Positions 34,101 to 43,975 of a stretch of DNA of 43,975 nucleotides are shown here, in pieces (positions within the stretch are counted from its first letter, which is position 1; every line of letters begins with the position of its first letter). A model generated the notes under the pieces. The model was not told where the DNA came from. It worked only from the letters and a program-made list of their open reading frames with translations, and did not search any database. Both the position numbers and the translations under genes were made by a program. Origin of the DNA: Halocafeteria seosinensis (taxonomy: Eukaryota); contig LVLI01000148.1 of NCBI GenBank assembly GCA_001687465.1, positions 124,001 to 167,975 on the forward strand, written 5' to 3'.

Positions 34101-37100
34101 CAAGAGTTTTCGCAGAAGCCTCTGAAAAGATTCAACAGTACAAGGATGAGCTTTGCTGAAGCAACTCGCGCATAACTTGCTGAGAAGACAGTTAGCCAAC
34201 GTGGTTTCAAATTTCCCTTGTAGCGACGGCCGATAGTGATCCACAAAGCTCTTCAGGCGCACAAGTGGACTATTTGTTCGAGGAATTTGGCCAACCGAGA
34301 AGTCGAGCCATTCGGCTACTGCCGGAGAGAAAAGAAGTCTCCCTACCTTGCTCAGTCTTCGTGCTGGGTTTCGCAGTTCACTTTCATTCCTTCGGAGTGC
34401 CAATCGGGGAGGAGAAAATGGATCTTCTTCAGCTCTATGGCTATTATCCCGAAAGATCTCGGTGAGATTTGCAAGCGTACTGCTATAGCTGCTAACACAA
34501 AGCGCGCCAGAATCGGGAAACAAATCTCTAAATACATTGACGTCTGCCTCTGTCTCGTTTGGGAGCCTGCTGCTTCCTTGAAGGACCGCTGCGGCCAAGA
34601 CGTAGTCTACAGCAGCTGGGTGGGACAGTAGCTTTAGCGTACTTCGAATGGAGTCAAACACAACTGTAGTTGTCGCTCCTCCTTTTTGAGATGCAAAGTA
34701 GGTCCTACTCCAATTTCTCATGAGGATAAGCGCAACGCGTTCTTCATCATGATACGCTGAGGGATCAGGTCGAATTGCATCCAGGATGCTCTCAGAGACT
34801 GTTGCAAACGGTCCTGGGCAGCAAGCGCCACTAAACACGTTTATTCCGGAATACCAACGAATCAACTCCGCCTTAACCGGATAGCTCTTGGCTCTCCAAG
34901 TGCCGCTATTATATAGCAAGGGATCAAATGAATACGAAATACATGAAAGAGATGCAAATTCACCCCACATATCCATCCGCTCATGAAACTGCGGATTCAA
35001 CACGCTGACTGGATGCCTGGATAAAGTGTCCAACGTGGAGGTAAGTCCCAATTGATCACCAGCACAATGATCTTCGCTCTCAGACCTATTGGCACATGCC
35101 ATACAAATAACAAGTTCCCAGCATTCTTCATAATGCAAAAGAAGCATATTAAACGGTAAAGAAGCTTCTACATTGTGTACAACCGCCTCGGTATGTTGGG
35201 AGAATCCATCAAACGGTGTTTTCCACAATAGATCAGAATCTACCTTAACGTCCATTCCGCCCTGCACCATGTCCTGAAACCCTTTAAGTGTTTCTGCAAT
35301 GATATCGCTTAGAATTTTATCGAGGTTCTTCAAATTCGGTAAAATCTCTTGTGACAGGGAGTGACATCGTACAAGTCTCCTCAATGTTGCCAAAGGAGGG
35401 TTCAGCACAGGTGCGCCATGCTGACCTTGGAAACTGAACGCGGAAGGGGAGTGGTGTTTGGCATGTAACGTGAAAAGTATACAGTTCCGGAACAGCTCCT
35501 CTAAATCCTCTATTAAAGCTTGCTTGTCCTCACATCGTCGAAGAAGCTGTATGGTCCATCCCAAGCCATGGTACCATACAGCATTCGACAGCCAAAGCAT
35601 GCAGGAACGGGGAGCACCAGGCGTCTCGAAGTCCTCTGATTCTCCAGCATGTGCAGTTTGTGGGAACGCCGGAAACCGGTGTTTGGAAAACTGACGTCGA
35701 TACCACCCTGTCAAGCTAGTGGTCCACTGTGACACAGTCTGAACTGCCTGGCGAGTAGATTCTGTGCCACTTCCCACATCACTGAGAGACTTGTGAATTG
35801 AGAAGAACAAACAATTAGATATACACATCAAAAAGCACATGCATTCCAGGCATTCTGCTCTGGAGCATTGCGTCCATGATTCGCGACGGGGAATGTGAAA
35901 CGTCGAAGCATTAGTACGGGGAAGAAAAAATGGAGCAACGTAGGCCACATCATCGCGGAAATACCCTCGCGAGAGAACATCCTCTAGCTCTGTCAACGCC
36001 ATGAACACCCTATCGGCCTCCTGCAACCTTTCACGCCAGTCCTGACAAGCGTCATCGACGTGCCTACTGGACCAGGAAAATTTTGGCGATACCGTTTCAT
36101 TCGTTGACGAACCGATGCGGAAGAGTCTTAACACCTTTGCTGAGATAGATCGGTCCCGTATCGTCCACGACGTACAAAATAGTTTGTCACTTAGACATAC
36201 AAAGAAACGAGGGGCACCATGCATGCTAAAAGATGGACGGCAGAACGAAAACCAGTAGCCCAGATCAGCTATGGCCCTAGTACGCTCTCTACTAGTCATG
36301 CCTGACTCGTTGCCTCCTGTAATAAGGACGTCATCCTCAGCATGCTGTTCTCCGTCAGTGGCTAATTGGCCTTCTGTGCCATTAGGTAGGAGGAGTTTGT
36401 TCTCACCGGATTGTTCGAAGCTTGAATAAAAGTAGCAATCAGTATTATTTTGGGCAAACGAGTTCGAGAGGTATGAATCCAAATCCGAAGTTACGGGATT
36501 GAGCCGAACGTGAAGCAAGGGTTTTGAACGAGGGCGAGTAAATTTTCTTAGTTCCCTTCGAAGTGCTCGCCGTGTGTCCTCTTTGTCAGAGATGCTATCT
36601 TTCTTGTTTCTTGCACCTCCATCCTTGCTGAATCCGTGCCGTTTGCGAATAGGCATCAATCGCTGTCGTGGCGCTACATGTCTTGCGGTAGTTTCCACAC
36701 TTTCTTTTTGCTGACTGCAATAATTATTGGACCCGCTGCCGAGGCCAACCTGAGAGTGCTTCGCTCTCTGGGAAATCTGCCTGTTTCGCGAAGCGAAGTC
36801 CTTTGGGTGCTGCCGCTTAATGTACACATTACTACCAAAACTAGACAATTCCTCGAGCCTTTGCCCATCTTCGTCGCTAGATTCGGTCCCCTCTGCCGCC
36901 GATTCTTCCTCATCGCTCGTATTGCTTTCACTGCTGTCATCAGAGCCTAAATCCCGGTAGTTCCATAGTTGCGAATCAGACGTTTCTCGACGTCTTTGGT
37001 GAGTTTTTTTTGAATGTTTCTTTTGCTTTTTAGTATCTTGTCTTGAGACTGCATGGGCCTCCTCTCCAAAATGAGGTCTGTTCTCTTTCTCCTGGTCAAT

Positions 37101-39625
37101 GCTTGAACGGGGCCGTTTTCTTTTCCTCCGTTTTTCTTTTGGCTGAAGGGATGCCAATATAGAAGTGGAAGCCAAGGGATGACGGGGATCATTTAGCCAA
37201 AATGGACGGCTGCACTTCCTTTTTTCATGCCTGGAGCTGACAACTGGGGACTCTGCAGATGCATCTCCATTTGAACCTTTGACATCCCGAACACGTTCTA
37301 TCAAGCTTTCCAGTCTATTTCTCTTCTGCTGTATTTTTTCATAGCCTAGAGAGTAACACGCAGGTGGATCCAGGGAAGAATTCCAGGCATTCAGAACATC
37401 GGTAGAGTCAGGAATTTCTCGAGTAGCACCAACATCATTGGATTCGGAATACCTCTCCAGCGTCTCTTTGATCCGTTTAATAGCAGCAACTGAAGCTCGA
37501 CTACCCTCCACAACAAACTTATTTAGTAACAGTTGGCTCAAGTTTAAGCAAGATATGTTTTCCAGCTCAGACCTAAAGCAGTAATCTGTCGGGTAAGGAT
37601 GGACAGTTCCCCGCGACAACGGAGAACATCCCCATTGACACAAGAAGTCAACGATATCTTTATTGATATGATGAACAGCATGAAGCAAGGGGTTATTTCC
37701 AGACTGAGCAGTGCACTCGTTGGAAATGTGCGCAAGCCATGGCCTTTTACAAAGCTCGTCTCTGACTCGATCTAAATCTCCTTCTTGACAGGCGTGAACC
37801 AACTGGTCGAACGCCCCGTGTACGGTCGGAGGATAATACCATCTGCCATATTCAGAAGACGCAGAGGCTGGCTCTCTATCCTCGCTCAAAAGCCGTTGTA
37901 TGAACTCTGAGCTAATCTGATCCTCGTCAACCGCAGACATGTGGCTGGTTTGTGTGGTAGCTTGGGTTCCCACAATTTCCTGTGTATCTCTTAACGGCGC
38001 AGTTTGGGAGGCCGATGTTTGTGAATCCAGGGTATCTGGCGGATCATTTAACAGCTCTAGAATATGCCTTAGGGCTTTGGTTTTCCTCGAGGAGTCAATA
38101 TTCATCCCAAGAAGCCGATTTGCTAGTTCTAGGGGAGACAAATTTTCATTATCGGCTCCTCGACCATGAAGATTATCACCTGCGAAACCACTCCATTTCT
38201 TTAGAAGCATCTACGTAGAATATGTCTGACGCTCCACACGCACCAGTATAAGGTATCACAGTTCCCTTCTTGTGGGGATCACAACCCTGCTGCAGAAGAA
38301 ATTGCACAACCTCGGGTAGCATATGATGAACTGCTGTTAGCAACGGATGACAAGTGTCCTCAGGCTTCAATCGATCCTTCGCTACATGTATATGTGGGGA
38401 GTTAAACCATAACTCTCTGATCCTATCAACATCTTCCCGGTTGGTGATCGCTTGATAAATGGGTTCAAAAACAGGTTGAGCTGTTAAGATACAAGGGGTC
38501 GTACGAAAACGGATACCAGCATATTCAATAGCCAACATGCCAACGTACCATCCACATGATGATAAAAGAAAACTCCTTTCCTATTGTTCCTATAAGCTGT
38601 TCGACGGTGAGGAAGAAATTCATCCTCGCTGCTGAAACTCGCATCATCCGAAATGTTATCGTAGTGTGAGGCTTGTTGGGACGAAGCAGCAGATCTCATG
38701 TCCACATCTGAGCCGTTAGAGGAGCCTGTATCTCCCCCATATCCGTACTTTTCATCATCGAAAATCCCTGAACGCATGGGATCCCGTCTTCCGAGGAGCC
38801 TATCGCTAGGAGTATGCTTGGGGACTAGGGATTCAAAAAAATGCAGTTTTGTCTCGCTCGTAGGGTGGGCTGTATTCGTCCACATCGCTTCGGTTAGAAG
38901 ATCCAAAAGATCGTATCAACGTTCACATACCTTTCCGACACCGTGACAAGAAACAGCGAACCCTCTTGGGTGGTTGCTGATGAGTGATCGCTTCATCACT
39001 CACTTGCTTTTGGGGAGTACTCTGCGGAAAAACTTGATAATATTTCAGTCAGCACTATAGCGACGGAAGGGTCACATACAGTCTCTTCGCTGGTACTTGC
39101 GGTGTCATTCCTACGTTCGCTGCTTTCTTGCTCCTTCCGTTGTGCTAAAGTTTTCCTTCTCCATGGCACGACCACGCCACTTTCTTCATCGTCGTCCAAG
39201 TCCTGTTGCGAAGAGTTTGTGGCAGCCTCAGGAAGAATTATAATCTCTGACGCATTCTTCGTCGTTGTTCCAGAAGTGTTGGCGGTTGGGTTGATCCCAG
39301 ACTGTTGTGGATTGCTTGTTGACTCCTGTGTGGAGAACCCAGTTATCAGCTCTGACGAAGGGTTTGGTGGCATTGTAGACGAAGAACTGGAAGTGTCCAC
39401 AGACAACGGGTTCTGAACTGAGCTGTGTTTGCTTCCTACAGAAGGCGTATCCGCAATGGGGGCCGCTGTTACTGGGGATGACACATAAGACTCTGTACTC
39501 TGTACAACAGCGGTTGTAGTGTTCCCTATTGTGGAGTATTGGCCTTCATTTTGAGCTGCATCAGACGTAGTCTTCCTGGGCCTTTTAGTCGATTTTGTAA
39601 GGATACGCAGGTCATTTTCATTCAT
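31101..39625 (-). CDS. Giant orphan protein, ~2,757 aa, with two homologous ankyrin-like modules, basic NLS-like tracts and a long helical C-region, 5 exons
   Basis: Introns 39022-39079, 38870-38930, 38481-38548 and 38180-38243 join four track ORFs in frame (8,274 nt total). Ankyrin-like HPLLTAVHHMLPEVVQFLLQQGCDP and NPLLHAVHHINKDIVDFLCQWGCSP. Confidence 0.8.
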
Positions 39626-39729
39626 TTTCTCTTTCCATTAGCAAATTAAGCATTAAGCTATCCATCTAAACTATCTTCCATATAAATTGTGGGGATGAGA
39701 AAGTGCACACAACACTGGAAGCACCTTAT

Positions 39730-40130
39730 TGTCTTCCTGCCAGTTCCTGGTCTCCTCCATTTGAAATTGAATTCACAGCGCGCTTGAAGTAGGCGAGCTA
39801 GGAACTTGCAGTGCAATGCAGAAGTATTAATGCAGTGTTGAAGTCACAAAACTTTTTCATAAGGAAAATTGTGCTATTTTTTGCTCTGCTAGTTCCTATT
39901 CACACTATACTTGTGCAGTTATTGGGCAGTCCAGCCACCATCCATCGCCATCTGGCTTCCAGTGACTTGACTTGCATTCTCAGTACATGGACCTTCTCGC
40001 ACGTTTCAAGGTGCATCGGGATGTATGAAGTCGTTCTGGCTGTCACATCATTATCGCAAAAGTTGCACACGACCACTTCGAATCTTTTGATAGTTGGATC
40101 TCGGGTTGCGCCATCCTGAGACGTATCGCT
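39730..40130 (-). mobile_element. Decayed hAT-like transposase fragment (BED zinc finger plus following region)
   Basis: VVCNFCDNDVTARTTSYIPMHLETCEKV fits BED CxxC...HxxxC. It is followed, across a frameshift and stops, by KIAQF/LMKKFCDFNTA...AYFKRAVNSISNG, resembling the hAT 'IARFFY...FN.A.SPYFK.MV..I' segment. No TIRs found. Confidence 0.5.
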
Positions 40131-41197
40131 TATCCGTGTTGGCGTTTGGAGCCCTGGAGCCGGCACAGGCCTCTATAGGATGAGGAGATCACGTGTATAT
40201 CGGTGGAATCATACACGAAGCACCATGGAATGATATATTGAAGATTAAAAGTGCGCCACTTGTGCCAACCCTAAAATTGGCCTATACTGTGCCACGTTGC
40301 ACTGGCGTGGGCGCCAAGTGGCACGAGACCGCTACGGAAATTCTTGGGAAGCCGGCTAGGGGCCACCCTATTGTTTATCACTGTATTAAACATGAAAATA
40401 TCTTCTCTTCTTCCGGAATAGGTTTCATAACATGGCAAGGAATGGAACTTGGACACTGTTGGCATAAATTTAGACAGCCATAACACGGGCACAGTCCGCC
40501 GTAGGAGAGATTCCGTGCAAGAACAACAGGCCCGTGAGCGGTGTATTCCATGAATATGAGAACTACACTAGAGTAGGAGCAAACTATCTATAAGGGCTGA
40601 GAAGTCGAGAAAACCCTCATGTATGCGCATAAGGACCTTGGGGAACCGTAGGAAGAATGCTGCGCGTCTCGTTCAATTCCAAGAGCGTAGCATGCTCCAC
40701 TTGCTTTGCAAATCAGCCACGATGTGTGCCACATTCAGCATTGATTCAGCCACAGAGCAATTCCATCCCCACCCCCTTCTGAGAGCAACAGCAACACGGC
40801 TGCCTATACACTGTATGTATATAGTTTTCATTCTCTACAAATCTAGGAGTATTCAGCATTCTAGTCAATTGAATGCTCTTTTAGACAGTATGAACAAGTC
40901 CTGTACACATCCGTGGAGGGGTGAAATACAGCGGACCATGGTCCGTCCATGGTCCACGGGCCTACCAGCGCTTTCCTTCCTTCCCAGTTTATGACGTCTG
41001 TTGGCATTGTTGTTTAGCAATTTGATGGTGGTGTGTAAAACCAAAACAGTGTGTTGTTTTGTTCTTTCTGTTGTTGCCTACCAAATGGTAACCTTGTTAT
41101 ATATTATACCTTGTAAGCAGCATAGCAGGAACTTCGACTTTTCTTTTTTTCCTTTTTCGCCTATTTCCCTTTTTGTTTGAGCTTTATACACAAGAGA

Positions 41198-43975
41198 ATG
41201 GCGGATAATCAAGCATCCGCTAGCCAGGGAAACACTGGGCCTGCTGATGAAACTGCTCTTGGCGGGCCCATGGATGATCCTGGGAAAAAGAGGCCGGCTT
41301 CTCCTACTTCTGCCAATGAGTCTGATACCAAACGCAGCAAAACACAAGGCGACAGCAAGCAACAGCAAGGGGAAGAGCAACATGAGCGCCAAGGCTCCCC
41401 CGACAAGGACGAAAAAGGTGGTTCTGCTGGTTCTAGCGGAAGCCCTCCACCGGGAAACAATAAATCCACGGATTCTCTGAGTGACCGGCTACTCCAATGG
41501 TTGGATGATTACATCCAGAAAGAGAACTTGACGGTGTCGGACCACTGGCGTAACAACATGATGAAGAAAATTCAAGAAAGCCAGGATTTTAGCGAACACC
41601 CTTTTGATAGCAAAGACGAGCTCAAGAACGCGTGTGTCGTCAAGATGTCTCCCGACGACNCTANCGCCGTCGTAANCTATATTGGAGGGGCNATGTATGC
41701 GTGGTTGCAAANGCAGGGAGCTGGTAAGTGGGAGNATCTTACNGTGGTTACCAATAATAAGCATGAGAAGCTGGTGTAGCCAAATTATGCGGCGATAAGG
41801 ATATCCTTTGGGAAGATGATACGATGATGCACGAAGGGCAAGGTGTACCATGATAAATCTTTCCGCGGGCTTTACGGTGAATCATTGTTGCTATGTTGTC
41901 CCTTCCTTCGTATTGCTCGAAAATTGAGGAACGGGTAATTGGGGCTGTGCAACGCGTAAGCAAGAACCAGGGGAACTAGGGGAAATGGAGACTTTGTAGC
42001 ATTGATACAGCTGAAAAATGGTGCTATGGAAGCATTACAGGGGTGTGAGAGTGAGGGGAAATGGGTGCGGTCAAGCTGTTTTGGTACTAATTTGTGCTCA
42101 ATTGCTCTCAACTTTCCTACACTAACAGAAATCTTTATGGAAGAAACCATGTTGTTGTCTTGTATTTGTCCACAGGAGGCGTTGCAGCTTCAAGTTCTAG
42201 CGGCCGAGGTCCCCTGCCCGCGTATCTGTATACCAAACGACGTAAGTGCCTGGTCGGCTGCCACAGTCAAAACAGGGCTTCTGTAGGAGCAAGTTGTCAT
42301 TGTGGTTTATTATCTGGTATGTATGGATGTATCTTGATTCGTCTTCCGTATTTTTGATACAGGGGCTTCAACTTCGTCTAGGAATGGTGAAGGTGTGACG
42401 AACTTTTTGCGGCTATTGAATGCGCTAGAGCCGGTCGAGATAGACACCCGCTTGCTAGTAGACTCAGAACGAGAATTCGAAGGTGCGCATTAGGTTTTGC
42501 TGTTACCTGGGATAACTAGGAGTTATTGTCCAAATTCTGCGTCTTCCAGGCGCGGCTGCTGGTGACCTAAGGGATAGCTCATACTTGAAAACTAAGGGAT
42601 GGCTCTGTCCTATTTTCAGGAGCACTCCCCTTTTATACGACTTGTACATCAGGAACGAATACGCTGATATTTTCGATAACTTCGTTAGTCCCATCCTTTT
42701 GTGCGAGATTCCCCAAAATACTCCCGAAGAGACGGGAGATGCGGAGCTCCGTCGTAATTTCCTGTACCGTTATAACGCGATAACTGGGACCTCTGGCATA
42801 GGGAAGTCGTACTTCCTTATTTATGCCTTGTGGAGATCACTGAAATTACTTGAAGAACGCAAGAAAGCCGAAGCACCCCTGCATACACGTTTTCTCTACG
42901 TTGCTCTTCGAGGCAAGATGGCAATACAAATTTTTCCTCGTCCGACACCTGGACAAGAAGTGATTCACCTATCCGAGATAAATTCCGTTTTGGGTTTGAA
43001 ATCCCGGACTCTTCTATTTGTCGATGGGAAAGTAGGAGAGGATGATAAGCTTAATGCTGACGAATTACCCTGTCATGTTCTGTTTTCGTTGTCTGATCGG
43101 CCTGTTAATTATGGTGATAGCTGCAAAAACTATCTGCGGAAATGCTACATGAGAACTTGGAGTGCATCGGAAATTTACGTGCTCCATAAGCTTAAAGCCC
43201 ATCCCTTCCCGGAAACGTCTATTGACATCGTTTCCAGAGAATTCCAGAGGTGGGGAGGAGCACCGCGGAACGTGTTTTCCCACTACATGTTGATGTCAGA
43301 ACTGCAGGCGAAAACAGCATGGATCGACGAATATATTAAGAAAGTCCCCGTTGAGGATCTGGCCTCTCGCCATGACATGTTTAAGCTTGCTGAGCAGAAT
43401 ACGCAGTATGTTCAAGGAGTTTCTTACAAGATTATTCATGTTGAGCCGAGAAGTCGATTGCAACGACATACTGCCTACCACCATTACACGAGCTTTCAGA
43501 CCCAAGAGGAGATACTAAAACTACACTTTGAAAGGAGCCAAGTTGAGGTAAGAAAATACCTGGGTGGGAAGTTTGCCGGTGAGAGGCCAAGCAAGATTCC
43601 TGATATTTTTAAAGTCATTTGCATACTCCTTTTGAGCCGGGGACCAGTGTTATATCTGTTTGAGAAATGGACTTGGGGAGCGCACAGTGCGTCAGCCCGT
43701 ATCAGGTCGAACACGACTGCTGCTGCTTCGGCAGCAACCTCGACACCAAACAACCAATGGGTTTCGGCAGGCGGACTACCCCGAAAAAAGGTTAAGCTCA
43801 CTCAGCGCACTGTGCGCGTATACAATTGGATTGAAGAAGTTCCCTACATCGTTTCAAGAAGTAAACAAATTGTGCTCATCCGACCATGGAGTAGCATACA
43901 AGGAGCATTCGATTGCTTCATCTACTTCAAGCATCAGAAGAAATTGCAGGGTTTTCAAATCACCATGTCTAGCAG
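41198..43975 (+). CDS. Crinkler/RHS-type (CR) effector: helical header + CR-NTPase + CR-REase, multi-exon, 3'-truncated
   Basis: Stop-free frame from 42520 to the window end (not in the track): LYIRNEY, Walker A GTSGIGKS (42786-42809), LLFVDG, YMRTWSASEI, RWGGAPRNVF, SYKIIHVEP, then REase-like IRPWSSIQGAFDCFIYF...GFQITMS. Upstream exons (41198-41723, 42176-42241, 42287-42316?, 42363-42482) are inferred from splice sites and are less certain. Confidence 0.82.

Noticed and set aside
4328..38946. Numerous 60-190 aa antisense or alternative-frame ORFs in the track
   Set aside because: Shadows of the real genes, with no independent motifs.
40932..40945. 14-bp palindrome CGGACCATGGTCCG with a partial adjacent repeat
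   Set aside because: Single occurrence, no partner TIR or TSD, unrelated to the 33-nt hairpin element.
1..43975. Alternative genetic code, readthrough or selenocysteine
   Set aside because: Breaks between ORF fragments of recognised genes are explained by GT-AG introns. TAA, TAG and TGA all act as stops, and the tRNA is an ordinary Ser(CGA).

Overview
Eukaryotic, gene-dense window using the standard code (TAA, TAG and TGA all end genes), with mostly 58-87 nt GT-AG introns, so the ORF track splits most genes. RJL GTPase, WDR54 and a Crinkler/RHS-type gene suggest a flagellated protist, possibly a stramenopile (inference). Bases ~1-39.6 kb are a core block: a partial orphan, a mitochondrial ABM-like protein, RPC11 head-to-head with POP1, calnexin tail-to-tail with an STI1-domain protein, RJL, an SLC35A transporter, WDR54, a Pro-rich PH-like protein, a coiled-coil protein, DDX27/DRS1, GET1, tRNA-Ser(CGA), a dCK-like kinase and a ~2,757-aa orphan with a duplicated ankyrin module. 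The last ~4.3 kb look accessory: a decayed BED/hAT remnant and a multi-exon Crinkler/RHS-type NTPase+REase gene that runs off the end, with its enzymatic exon absent from the ORF track. Best leads: a 33-nt GC-rich hairpin element repeated ~100 nt upstream of two unrelated genes, a ~200-aa degenerate-FHA insert inside dCK, the CR effector built from phase-1 exons, and two stop codons with 0 bp between them. All gene models were spliced by hand and are unverified.
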